This document shows, piece after piece, positions 23,200-35,751 of a stretch of DNA of 64,000 nucleotides (its first letter is position 1; every line of letters starts with the position of its first letter). Source of the stretch: Ranitomeya imitator (lineage: Eukaryota); NCBI RefSeq assembly GCF_032444005.1, contig NC_091285.1, positions 298,716,001-298,780,000 of the forward strand, read 5' to 3'. Under the pieces are notes generated by a model. It saw only the letters and a program-made list of their open reading frames with translations, searched no databases and had not been told where the DNA came from. Made by a program: the position numbers and the translations under genes.

Positions 23200-25400
23200 T
23201 TTACTTCAGGTCCAATTTGTTTCATTTTACCAAGGGTAAAAGGAGAAATTGGACCACAAAAGTCGTTGTACAATTTGTCCTGAGTACGCTGATACCCCAT
23301 ATGTGGGGGTAAACCACTGTTTGGGCACATGGCAGAGCTCGGAAGGGAAGGAGCGCCATTTGACTTTTCAATGCAAGATTTGCTGGAATTGAGATCGGAG
23401 CCCATGTCACGATTGGAGAGCCCCTGATGTGCCTAAACAGTGGAAACCCCCACAAGTGACACCATTTTGGAAAGTAGACCCCCTAAGGAACTAATCTAGA
23501 TGTGTGGTGAGCATTTTGAACCTCCAAGTGCTTCACAGAAGTTTATAATGTAGAGCCGTAAAAAAAATATTATATTAATTTTCACAAAAAATGATCTTTT
23601 TGCCCCCAATTTTTTATTTTCCCAAGGGTAACATGATAAATTGGACATCAAAAGTTGTTGTGCAATTTGTCCTGAGTACGTCGATACTTCATATATGGGG
23701 ATAAACCACTGTTTGAGCGCATGGCAGAGCTCGGAAGGGAAGGAGTGCCATTTGACTTTTCAATGCAAAATTGGCTGGAATTGAGGTCGGACGCCATGTC
23801 GCATTTGGAGAGCCCCTGACGTGCCTTAACAGTGGAAACCCCCCACAAGTGACCCCATTTTGGAAAGAAGACCCCCTAAGGAACTTATCTAGATGTGTGG
23901 TGAGCACTTTTAACCCCCAATTGTTTCACTAAAGTTTAGAATGTAGCATTGTGAAAATTAAAAAATCATTTTTTCTTTCCACAAAATGATGTTTTAGCCC
24001 GCAATTTTTTTTCCCAAGGGTAACAGGAGAAATTGGACCACAAATATTATTGTCCAATTTGTCCTGAGTACGCTGATACCCCACATGTGGGGGGGAACCA
24101 CCGTTTGAATGCATGGCAGAGCTCGGAAGGGAAGGAGCACCGTTTGAAATGCAGACTTAGATGGAATGGACTGCAGGTGTCATGTTGCATTTGCAGAGCC
24201 CCTGATGTACCTAAACAGTAGAAACCCACCACAAGTGACCCCATATTGGAAACTAGACCCCCCAAGGAACTTATCTAGATGTGTTGTGAGAGCTTTGAAC
24301 CAACAAGTGTTTCACTACAGTTTATAACGCAGAGCCGTGAAAATAAAAAATATTCTTTTTTCCACAAAAATGATATTTTATCCCCTATGTTTTTATTTTC
24401 CCAAGGGTAACAGGACAAATTGGACCCCAAAAGTTGTTTTCCAACTTGTCCTGAGAACGCTGATACCCCATATGTTGGGGGGAACCACTGTTTGGGTGCA
24501 CGGCAGAGCTCGGAAGGGAAGGAGCGCCATTTGAAATGCAGACTTAGATGGATTGGTCTGCAGGCGTCACGTTGCATTTGCAGAGCCCCTGATGTACCTA
24601 AACAGTAGAAACCCCCCACAAGTGACCCCATATTGGAAACTAGACCCCCCAAGGAACTTATCTAGATGTGTTGTGAGAGCTTTGAACCAACAAATGTTTC
24701 ACTACAGTTTATAATGCAGAGCCGTGAAAATAAAAAATATTTTTTTTTCCACGAAAATGATATTTTATCCCCTATGTTTTTATTTTCCCAAGGGTAACAG
24801 GACAAATTGGACCCCAAAAGTTGTTTTCCAACTTGTCCTAAAAACGCTGATACCCCATATGTTGGGGGGAACCACTGTTTGGGTGCACGGCAGAGCTCGG
24901 AAGGGAAGGAGCGCCATTTGAAATGCAGACCTAGATGGATTGGTCTGCAGGCGTCATGTTGCATTTGCAGAGCCCCTGATGTACCTAAACAGTAGAAACC
25001 CCCCACAAGTGACCCCATATTGGAAACTAGACCCCCCAAGGAACTTATCTAGATGTGTTGTGAGAGCTTTGAACCAACAAGTGTTTCACTACAGTTTATA
25101 ACGCAGAGCCGTGAAAATAAAAAATATTTTTTTTTCCACGAAAATGATATTTTATCCCCTATGTTTTTATTTTCCCAAGGGTAACAGGACAAATTGGACC
25201 CCAAAAGTTGTTGTCCAACTTGTCCTGAGAACGCTGATACCCCATATGTTGGGGGGAACCACTGTTTGGGCACACAGGAGAACTCGGAAGGGAAGGAGCC
25301 CTGTTTTACTTTTTCAAAGCATAATTGGCTGGAATTGAGATCGGACGCCATGTCGCGTTTGGAGAGCCCCTGATGTGCCTAAACAGTGGAAACCCCCAAT
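23200..25400. repeat. Internal tandem array of element B, 6 units of 387-392 bp
   Basis: Anchor CCAAGGGTA at 23230, 23622, 24014, 24401, 24788 and 25175. The central units are near-identical. Confidence 0.93.
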
Positions 25401-25411
25401 TATAACTGAAA

Positions 25412-25495
25412 CCCTAACCCTAACCCTAGCCCTAACCCTAATCCCAACCCTAGCCCTAACCCTAGCCCTAACCCTAGCCCTAACCCTAGCCCTAA
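25412..25495. repeat. Telomere-like tract, 14 hexamers, mostly alternating CCCTAA/CCCTAG
   Basis: Direct reading; same position in the element as 16124-16447. Confidence 0.92.
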
Positions 25496-27187
25496 TGGGA
25501 AAATGGAAATAAATACATTTTTTTACATTTTATTATTTTTCCCTAACTAAGGGGGTGATGAAGGGGGGTTTGATTTACTTTTATAGCGTTTTTTTGGCGG
25601 ATTTTTATGATTGGCAGCCGTCACACACTAAAAGACGCTTTTTATTGCAAAAAATAGTTTTTGCATCACCACATTTTGAGAGCTATAATTTATCCATATT
25701 TTGGCCCACAGAGTCATATGAGGTCTTGTTTTTTGCGGGACGAGTTGATGTTTTTATTGGTAACATTTTCGGGCACATGACATTTTTTGATCGCTTTTTA
25801 TTCCGATTTTTGGGAGGCGGAATGAACAAAAACCAGCAATTCCTGAATTTCTTTTAGGGGGGGGCGTTTATACCGTTCGACGTGTGGTAAAATGGATAAA
25901 GCAGTTTTATTCTTCAGGTCAGTACGATTGCAGCGATACCTCATTTATGTAATTTTTTTATGTGTTGGCGCTTTTACACAATAAAAACTATTTTATATAA
26001 AAAAATAATTGTTTTTGCATCGCATTATTCTGAGAGCTATAACTTTTTTATTTTTCTGCTGATGATGCTGTATGGCAGCTTTTTTTTTGCGGGACAAGAT
26101 GACGTTTTCAGCGGTACCATGGTTATTTATATCTGTCATTTTGATCGCGTGTTATTCCACTTTTTGTTCGCCTGTATGATAATAAAGCAATGTTTTTTGC
26201 CTTGTTTTTTTTTTTTTTGCGGTGTTCACTGAAGGGGTTAACTAGTGGGATAGTTTTATAGAGCGGGTCGTTACGGACGCGGCAATACCAAATATGTGTA
26301 CAATTATTGTTTTTTTTTTTTACATAAATTAATGGATTTATTGGGAAATGTTTTTTTTTTATTTGGGGATTTTTTTTTTTTTTTTTTTACACATTCTATT
26401 TTTTTTTTTTTGAACTTTCTAACATTGTCCCAGGGTGGGACATCTCTGTATTAGATCAGATCTTTGATCTGACACTGTGCATAGCACTCTGTCAGATCAA
26501 CGATCTGACAGGCAGTTTAGCTAGCTTTCCAGCGCCTGCTCTTAGCAGGCGCCGGCTAGCCAGGTCACTTCATGACCTGGAAGGAGTCCGGCAGCCATCT
26601 TGGATCTGGGGACTCCTTCCGGGTCACCGGAGCAACGCGATCTCATTGCGTTGCTCCGGTGGGAGAGCGCAGGGAGCCCCCGTCCCTGCGCGATCCCCCT
26701 CTATGCCGCTGTCACTATTGACAGCGGCATCAGAGGGGTTAAATGCCCGTTATCGGTGCGCCGTACTAGTACTGCTGCTGGCACAAATGCAGTGGCGGCA
26801 GCGCAGTACTAGTACGGCGAAGGGGTTAAAAAGTGTAATTGAGCAATATTGTTATACTGCATCAAGAGTATACCTGCACAGATCTTCTAAAACTTTTAGT
26901 TTGAAAATGCCCTTTGGACATTTATATGTGGGCTTTTTGCTCTAGAAAACATTAGCACCAGATTTAAGTCAAAATGAAAATGTAATATTCACTATATACA
27001 GATCTTTTTGTTTTGTGGCTTTTTCATAGTTTTGATGTGATATGTGGGCCCCTTGCTGAAAAAAAAATCAACTGTTCTAGGTTTTTGTACATTTTCCCAT
27101 AGAATTGCAAAAACACATACAAATCCTAGACTTTAGAAAGCCTTAGAGAGGTTGTCCAGGACTTTGATATTGATGACCTGTCCTTAT

Positions 27188-27323
27188 AATAATAATAATA
27201 ATCTTTATTTTTATATAGCGCTAACATATTCCGCAGCGCTTTACAGTTTTTTGCACACATTATCAACACTGTCCCCGATGGGGCTCACAATCTAGAATCC
27301 CTATCAGTATGTCTTTGGAATGT

Positions 27324-27354
<31 letters not shown>

Positions 27355-27464
27355 ACGCAAACATGGAGAGAACATACAAACTCTTTGCAGATGTTGTCCT
27401 GGGTGGGATTAGAACCCAGGACCCCAGCGCTGCAAGGCTGCTAACCACTGCGCCACCATGCTGC
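27188..27464 (-). mobile_element. tRNA-derived V-SINE with L2-like tail
   Basis: Minus strand shows A box TGGCGCAGTGG, B box GGGTTCTAATCCC, V-domain GTTTGCGTGGGTTTCCTCCGGGCACTCCGGTTTCCTCCCACA, and a tail AAAGCGCTGCGGAATATGTTAGCGCTAT..(ATT)n. Probable CCTTAT TSD. Confidence 0.85.
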
Positions 27465-27516
27465 CCTTATGATTGGGTATCTGCTTATTCGGCAAGCTAT
27501 AGCGCTTGCTGAATAA

Positions 27517-29321
27517 GGCCGGCGATACACTCAGCATATAAAAATATGGTCTGTAATTTACGGCCGTAATATGCAGAAAAGTCCCCAAAATAGTGGTCCG
27601 TATCTCATTCGTAGGCAGGGTGTGTCAGCGTATTTTGCACATGGCATCCTCCGTATGTAATCCGTATGGCATCCGTACTGCGAGATTTTCTCGCCGGCTT
27701 GCAAAACCGACATACGGACATACAATGGATCCATGTTTTTAAAATTCGTAAAAACATATATACTGTCTATATATATATATATATAGACAGTATATATGTT
27801 TTTACGAATTTTAAAAACATGGATCCATTGTATGTCCGTATGTATATATATATATATGTCAGTGAGACACATATATATATATATATATATATCATACAGC
27901 GCTAGATAGCTTAAAAGCCGGTAATTCAATTGCCGGCTTTTGCCATCTCCTTCTCAAACCCGACATAATATGAGACATGGTTTACATACAGTAAACCATC
28001 TCATATCCCTTTTTTTGCATATTCCACACTACTAATGTTAGTAGTGTGTATGTGCAAAATTTGGGCGCTCTAGCTATTAATTTAAAGGGTTAAATCGCGG
28101 AAAAAATTGGCGTGGGCTCCCGTGCAATTTTCTCCGCCAGAATGGTAAAACCAGTGACTGAGGGCAGATATTAATAGCCTGGAGAGGGTCCATGGTTATT
28201 GGACCCCCCTAGCTAAAAACATCTGCCCCCAGCCACCCCAGAAAAGGCACATCTGGAAGATGCGCCTATTCTGGCACTTGGCCACTCTCTTCCCATTCCC
28301 ATGTAGCAGTGGGATATGGGGTAATGAAGGGTTAATGTCACCTTGCTATTGTAAGGTGACATTAAGCCAGATTAATAATGGAGAGGCGTCAATTATGACA
28401 CCTATCCATTATTAATCCAAATGTATGAAATGGTTAAAAAACACACACAGACATTATTACAAAGTCTTTTAATGAAATAAATACACAGGTTGTTGGAATA
28501 GTTTATTAGACTGGTAATCCATCTGAAGACCCTCACTCTGTAAAAAAGGAAAAATAAAAAAACAACAATATCCCATACCTTCCGATGATCTGTCAAGTCC
28601 CATGAAGTAAATACATCTGAAGGGGTTAACTAATTTTACAAGCAGGAGCTCTGCTAATGCAGCTGTGCTCATGCCAGTAAAACCCCAGCGAATGAATGGA
28701 ATGTAGGTCAATGACCTGTAGTTACCTTCAGTCGCGGTGATGCGCCCTCTGCTGGATGTCCTCATATGAACTCGAGCCTGGGAACTTTTCAGAATATTTT
28801 CCCACGCTCGAGTTCATATCAGGACATCCAGCAGTGGGCGCCTCACCGCAACTGAAGGTTACTACAGGTCATTGACCTACATTCCATTCATTTGCTGGGG
28901 TTTTACTGGCATTGAGCACAGCTGCATTAGCAGAGCTCCTGCTTGTAAAATTAGTTAACCCTTACAGATGGATTTACATCGTGGGACGTGACAGATCATC
29001 GGAAGGTATGGGATATTGTTGTTTTTTTATTTTTCCTTTTTTACAGAGCGAGGGTCTTCAGATGGATTACCAGTCTAATAAACTATTCCAACAACCTGTG
29101 TACTTATTTCATTAAAAGACTTTGTAATAATGTGTGTGTGCTTTTTAACCATTTCTTACAATTGGATTAATAATGGATAGGTGTCATAATTGATGCCTCT
29201 CCATTATTAATCTGGCTTAATGTCACTTTACAATAGCAAGGTGACATTACCCTTCATTACCCCATATCCCACCGCTACACGGGAATGGGAAGAGAGTGGC
29301 CAAGTGCCAGAATAGGCACAT
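27517..29321. mobile_element. Large Harbinger-like fold-back MITE with right end deleted
   Basis: Starts TAA|GGCCGGCGATACAC. Inverted arms of ~530 bp span 28260-29321, centred near 28790. The mirror of 27517-28260 is absent. Confidence 0.65.
27710..27843. repeat. Perfect 134-bp spacerless palindrome centred on (TA)n
   Basis: Base-by-base check: ACATACGGACATACAATGGATCC...CTGTCTA(TA)nTAGACAG...GGATCCATTGTATGTCCGTATGT. The ORF track gives an identical peptide on both strands. Confidence 0.95.
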
Positions 29322-29960
29322 ATTGAACATATTGAACACGCTGAACATTGTAATTACAGCCATAGTTCTGGTTACAATGCAAAATAAAAGTGAAGTGTGG
29401 ACTGGGTCAAGCTATTTGACCAATTCATACTTCGGAAAATCAAACATGGGCTTTTATTTTGGGAGAGGTCTGTAGGAAGGTAGTGGGACAGATCTTTTCC
29501 TCCACTCCAGGTCTTGCAAGTGGCCCATGACCATGATTCTCATTTAATCCTGCAAGTAAGTGTTGTGTGTATCAGATTGATTTTGCAAGCATTAGAGCAG
29601 GAGGTTTTTTGTATGCCTGTCTGTATGAGACTGAACACAGATCAAAGCCAGAGACTAAAAGCAAAACCATTGCTGCATCCACATTTTATACGGAGGTACA
29701 GTCGCCCACAGCAATGTTACGATATGGACTGATATGTACTTTCCAGCTCCGAAATAGATGATAAATTTTGGATTTATTTTGTAAGTTGGCAAATAACGAT
29801 ATTTAAATTTAACTTTCACTGCCTCATTTCCATAAGGACGGGAAAGCCACTGCCTTATTATAAATAGATAGATAAATAGATAAAAAATAAAAAACAAAAA
29901 GAAGCACAAAATTATAATAGGGTGCAAAAGCCTTCCAGGCATGTACCAAACCTTTATAAC

Positions 29961-30267
29961 AGATCCAAAAAATGATGAAGACAGCACACCAATAGCTGAA
30001 ATTTCACGTGGGGTTTATTGGCCCCTGTGCAACGTTTCGTCCCAAGTGTGGACCTTTCTCAAGCCAAATTTTGAAATTTCATGTGTGGTTTATTGGCCCA
30101 TGTGCAACGTTTTGGTACCAAGTGTAGACCTTTCTTAAGCAGTTCCAAAAGTGCAAGTGTATGGTATTGAGAAAGGCCACACTTGGGACCGAAATGTTGC
30201 ACATGGGCCAATAAACCACAAGTGAAATTTCAGCTTTTGGTGTGCGGTCTTCATCATTTTTGGATCT
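29961..30267. mobile_element. Short fold-back with three hammerhead-variant motifs, probably Penelope pLTR-derived
   Basis: 29961-30062 and 30167-30267 are inverted copies. The motif (C)TTGAGAAAG-GTCC-ACACTTG-GGAC-GAAACGTTG occurs on minus at 30029-30064, degenerate on minus at 30104-30140, and on plus at 30167-30200. Confidence 0.6.
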
Positions 30268-30707
30268 AGATATATAAATAGATACATACATACATTTTAG
30301 CATGACTGGGAAGGACATGGTTAAATACCAGTAGAGTTTTGCTAAGAACCAGGAAGTATTTTCATGAAGTGGCAATCTCCTAAGGGAGTGTCAGTCTTCT
30401 GTATTTTGAGCAGAGTTGAGTATGCTACTGCTGAGGGACCAGCCAAAATGTGAACTGTGGCTGAGAGAGACATGCTGGAGACTGCACAAAGCAGTCTGTG
30501 AGAGCTTCAGAGAACTGTGCAGAATCTGCATCCTGTTCAGTGTGAACTGTGCCTTAGTTGAACACTTGGCGCTGGAAGCTGCTGGAAATCGAGCTTAAGG
30601 GGTACCACAAATGGTGGGATCATGCCTTTTCTGTGTATAAAGTCTGCTCTGGGAGAAATGACTGTAATCTGTTCAGCTGAGCCAACAGTGACATATATGA
30701 TCATGAT

Positions 30708-32440
30708 TAGAGATGAGCGAACCTTTCAAGGTTCGGTTTGACGAACGTCTCCATGTTCGCCACATGTTCGACAAACGTTCTCGAGCCCCATTAATTTCAA
30801 TCAGCGGTAAAATCAAACGTACACACTACATCTTAAGGGATGACAACTTCCCAAACAGCTCAAATTAGGGGCACACATCATGAAAAGTGGCATCAATGGA
30901 CCCACAGAAGAAATTTGCTAATGACAAAGCAGCAGTCAATCATGGGCCAGCCACACTCAGGTAGCACAAATATCAGTTTCATAGAGTTCTATTGGTAGAA
31001 AAATTAAAGTACAGTGATACAGGCAGTTGAGTGAAAATTAGTGCAGGCCTGCCGGTATGAGAGCTCTACTGCTAAAGGCAATACATATGAAGGAGAAATT
31101 GGAATCTCAACATTTAAAAAAAATATTGTCATACACCACTAAAATGTCATCAATTTCCACTGAGTAGAAACAGTATAATAGGCGTCTGACACACCTTCCA
31201 CTACAGGAAACCCACTTGATGGAGACCCTACTTGGAATATCCACATTTCAAAAAATTGTTTGCAACATCAGCAGTAGTAGCAACATCAGGCAGAGAAGCC
31301 ACAAAAATGGTGTCACAGACTGCAATATTGCAAGATCAATGCATGACACTAAAAATGCCACCATCACCTAGTCTGCCCAGTCTGCGATTGGGATGTAAAA
31401 GTCATTGGAGAGCCATGACTTGTTCATTTTGATAAAAGTTAGGCAGTCTACATTTTTAGGGGATGCTCGATGAATACCAGCAGTGTTGAACACATTCTGA
31501 GAGAACACTGCCTGACAGGCATGACAACCTCCAAAGCGTGACAGGCAACCTCAGGCCACTCTTCCATTTTTGAATACCCAAATGCAAAATGGTCAAAATT
31601 CCCCCTGATAGCATTGATATTTAGCGCAAGATACTCCTGCACCATCATCTCCAGTCGTTCACGTGTCAGACTTCTACTTTGTTCTGCTGGTGCACAGGCT
31701 TGTCTAAAAAATGTGTGAAATGAATCACAGAAATTGCATAAGCCACTTATGCTGCTGTTGCTAATGTTTTTAAGGTGACGCCTTGACGTTCCCAGGGTTA
31801 AAAGTTTAGAACTGCCATGCACACTGTGTGCCTCACTGCTGTCTTAAGGAAAACCACTCTTAAGAATGTCTAAAAGCGTGTTTTGATACTCCAGCATGCA
31901 GACGTCACTTGCCAGGGAGGAAACCATCTGGAAAAATTTACTCATGCACAATGGATCTTACAGAGTGGTAGCTCAATAGTCAGTATTATTTCCAATTCTA
32001 ACAATACGGGCACCATGTTGCAGCAAGAAGGCGCTCATGTGTCGGGCACTTCCATGAGGTCCAAGTCCATAGTGTGCTGGTGGCGGGGTAACACTCAGGC
32101 TTGCTTCCTCTGTCCCCTCCCACCAACCACGGACAAACAGAGAGGGGATCATAATCCTCTTCATCTCCTGACTGTTGCACACCCATCGCCTTATCCTCCT
32201 TGTCATTCTCCATTTGTTCCTCAGCTCCTGCACCTTCACTAACAGTTTGTCTGGTACCATGAGCCTCTCTAGATCACTGTAATCCACTCACTCATGGCTC
32301 CCGACTGTGCGACAACAGTATGGAGCTTAGTGATATTGTTATCCCTTCCACATCTTCATCTGCTTCAACCTCTTCCCCTGGGATCACCTCCTCCTCAAGG
32401 AGCCTATTCAAAGTGTGCTCCAGCATGTAGAAGGGTGTGT
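30708..32440 (-). mobile_element. Decayed hAT transposon (one TIR plus 3' part of transposase)
   Basis: TAGAGATGAGCG terminus at 30708. Minus-strand remnant RGNFDHFAFGYSKMEEWPEVACHALEV is a degenerate hAT dimerisation domain, homologous to 63629-64000. The other end was not found. Confidence 0.7.
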
Positions 32441-32469
32441 AACTAAATATTAAGCTGAGGGTGTCATCA

Positions 32470-32669
32470 ATTTGGTCTAGCCCATTTTGAGGTTTTTGTG
32501 CGAAATTATGTCCAATTTGCCTTTTATTTATCTGTTTTGTGTTGTTCCAATACACAGAAAGGAAATAAACATGGGTATAACAAAAAAGTATAATTGGAAT
32601 AATTTTCTGTGAGAAATACTTCATTTGTTGGAACAATTTTAAGGGTGCCAACATTTTCAGCAAGGCCTG
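32470..32669. mobile_element. Isolated Tc1-type terminal fragment
   Basis: Ends AAGGGTGCCAACATTTTCAGCAAGGCCTG|TA, typical of a Tc1 right TIR. Confidence 0.5.
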
Positions 32670-32934
32670 TATCTCTCTGCCTTCAATAGAATCTATCTAT
32701 TATTCACAGACTACTTATATTCAACCTTGAGTGCTGCTGCACAATAATGCTCTGTACTTCACTTTTTGGAACATGTTCAGGGATGCCAACACTTTGCCTA
32801 TGGTTGTATTTAGCTGGTTATTATGTCACAATTATTCTATACACTTTGTGCCAATCCAGTTTGTATCCATGAGAGGATATTCACTGATAAATGAATTGGT
32901 GTGGGGGAAGAAAAATAGTTTGTATGAAGCTTAA

Positions 32935-33624
32935 AGGGGTATTCCCATCTCTAAGATCCTATACAAATGTGTAGTAGGTGTAGTAGTAATAATATTAATA
33001 ATAGCACATACCTCCAATTAGAAATGTACTTGAGTTCTCCTGATTTACTGTGTTGCTTACCATGTGCAAGGCAGTGCAAAAGTTTAGGTATCAATGGTTA
33101 CGACCACTAGCAACTAACTAGCTAACTGTAACTATATGAGTGGTTGTAAACATGGATACTTAAAGTGATTGTACACTACTAGGACAAGCCCTTCTTTATC
33201 TAAATATTTGGCACCGATAAAATAATAAAGCTTATACTCCATTCCCGTGCTTATGCCGTTCCCGTGGTGTTGATGCTCGTGGTTCTGGGACTCTAGTACG
33301 GTTGTTGAGACATGTGACGCTGGTGACCAATCACCGCTGGCATCACTGTCCCTGCCTTCAGACAAATCAAACATGAAGAGGACGTCAGGGCTGCAGCTGA
33401 TCCCAGACTTCCTCTTCCTGCTCAATTCAACAAGAGGAAGTACAGTGATGCCAGTGCTGACTGGGCACCGGCATCAAGTGTCACAACAACATGAGAGCCA
33501 TGGAACAATGACTGCCAACACCATGGGAACGGCGCCAGTTGTGGAGGTGAGTATTGGCTATATTATTTTATCGGAGCCAAGCAAGGTGTATGAAAAGAAA
33601 TTGTCCAAGTAGTGGACAACTTCT
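32935..33624. mobile_element. T2/Kolobok-type MITE
   Basis: TTAA|AGGGGTATTCC...GGACAACTTCT|TTAA, matching the AGRRG termini and TTAA target of Xenopus T2-family MITEs. Confidence 0.55.
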
Positions 33625-33628
33625 TTAA

Positions 33629-34588
33629 CCCCTTAATGACCGCCAATACGTCTTTTAACTGACCTGAGATATAAGAGAATAGCCTCCCCATACAGATGAC
33701 AATCCAGCAGCTGTCGGCTGTCCACTATAGCTGACAACTTGCTGTACCAGCCACAATCAGTATTTGCACCATCTAAATCTGTTTAACCCCTTAGATGCTG
33801 CTGTCAATAGTGACTACATCATTATAAATGGTTAACAGAGTGTGGGGGCTTCTTCTTTGTCACAATTGGTGCCCTCAGATCATGATTTTGTTGTCCTGAT
33901 GTTTGCCATGGCAATTCATGACCAAATAGTGGCCTTAGAGTCTGAGGGCTGTAGTAATCTGTTTAGAAGTTAGCAACATTTAGGTGGTAAAAATACACAT
34001 TTTCATTTCTGTCATACCACTTTGCATTAATTCCTGTAAAGCACCTGAAGGGTTAATAAACTACCTGACAGCAGTTTTCAATATGTTTAGGGGTGCTGTT
34101 TTTAAAATGGTATCACGTTTGTGGGTTTCCCAATATATGGGACCCCTAAAGTCACTTCAAACATGGATAAGTCCCTAAAAAAATAAATGTTGTAAATTTC
34201 TTTGAAAAAATGAAAAATTGCTGCTACATTTTTAAACCTCCTAAAATGCTAACAAAATAAAATAACATTTTACAAATGGTGCTGATGTAAAGCAGACATG
34301 TGGGAAATGTTATTTATTAATGGTTTGCTGTTGTATGACTATCTGGATTAAAGGGATAATCATTCAAATTTAGAAAATTGCTAATTTTTTAACATTTTTC
34401 TCAAATTTTTGATATTTTTTATAAATAAACACAAAAAATGTTGAACAAAATTTACCTTTATCATAAAGTATAATGTGTCACGAAAAAACAATCTCAAAAT
34501 CACTGGGATTTGTTGAAGCGTTGCAGAGTTATTACCACATAAAATGACACTGGTCAGATTTCAAAAATTTGGCTCGGTCACTAAGGGG
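33629..34588. mobile_element. Complete piggyBac-type MITE (960 bp)
   Basis: TTAA|CCCCTTAATGACC...GGTCACTAAGGGG|TTAA (TIR 12/13). The right half is an inverted relative of the A/B/D left arm. Confidence 0.85.
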
Positions 34589-34776
34589 TTAAGCTACTGC
34601 AATCTTTGCACATGGTAAGCAACATAGTGAATCAGGAGAACTATGCTACATTTCTAATTGGAGGTATTAAGAATTATATTATCATACCTACCACATATTT
34701 GCATGTCAAGTTGGAATTGTGAATACCCCTTTAAAAACTTAAAGAAGCACCACCATCAAAGTTTTTATTCTCTTAA

Positions 34777-35545
34777 CCACTTCATGACCAGATGTATTTG
34801 TGTTTTTGCTCTCCTTCTTTCCAGAGCCATAACCTTTTTTAGTTTTTGGTCAATATGGCCATAAGAGGTCTTGTTTTTTGTGGGACAATTTGCAATTTTG
34901 AATGACATCATTGGTTTTAAAAATTCCAAGTGCGGTGAAATTCCAAAAAAAGTGCAATCCCACAGTTTTTTTCTGTTTTTCATTTTAGTATGTTCACTAA
35001 ATGCTAAAACTGGTGTGCCAAAATGATTCCCCAGGTCATTACGAGTTCATAGACACCAAACATGTATAGGTTCTTTTTTATCTTTATCTTTAAGTGGTGA
35101 AAAAAAATTCCAAACTTTGCTAAAAAAAATAATTTATTGTGCTATTTTCCGATACCCATAGCTCACCATTTGTCGTAATCTCGGGTTGGGCGAGGCTTAT
35201 TTTTTGAGCGCTGAGCTGATGTTTTTAAAGAAACCATTTTTGTGCAGATGCATTCTTTTGATCGCCCGTTATTGCATTTTCATGAAATGTCGCGGCGACC
35301 AAAAAACGTAATTCTGGCATTTTGACTTTTTCTCTCGCTACGTCGTTTAGCGTTCAGATTAATGCTTTTTTGTTATTCATAGATCGTACAATTCTGAAGG
35401 CGGTGATACTAAATATTTTATATTTTATACTTTTTTATTTTTAAAAACATTTTTTTTTACTTTTGGCATGCTTCAATAGTCTACATGGGAGATTAGAAGC
35501 TGCCTTAACCAGATTGAGTCTGCTACATACAGGCAATGATCAGAG
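34777..35545. mobile_element. Truncated piggyBac-type MITE, sibling of 35752-36978
   Basis: Starts TTAA|CCACTTCATGACC and is colinear with the first ~800 bp of the next element. Confidence 0.65.
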
Positions 35546-35751
35546 AATAAATCTATTTCACTAATTTATAAATTTATTGTGCAAGCATAAACTAAGAAGG
35601 TTGTGCTTGTTATTGACGAAGATAAGTGTTCGACTTCGGTTAGATGGGTGACATGAAGAGACACAAGAGATCCGAATTGTCAGAGTTAGATGCATAGGGA
35701 TTTGTTCTATCTTGCTATTGTTTATATGAAGAATATAATATAGATAATTAA

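Larger units (their letters stand above)
22569..26825. mobile_element. Large non-autonomous piggyBac-family element B
   Basis: TTAA|CCCCTTCACC...GGCGAAGGGG|TTAA (TIR 9/10). Colinear with element A; right terminus closely matches that of the transposase-bearing copy. Confidence 0.87.

Noticed and set aside
27188-27464. tRNA gene (A and B boxes present)
   Set aside because: The boxes belong to a SINE head fused to a V-domain and LINE tail; no complete cloverleaf.
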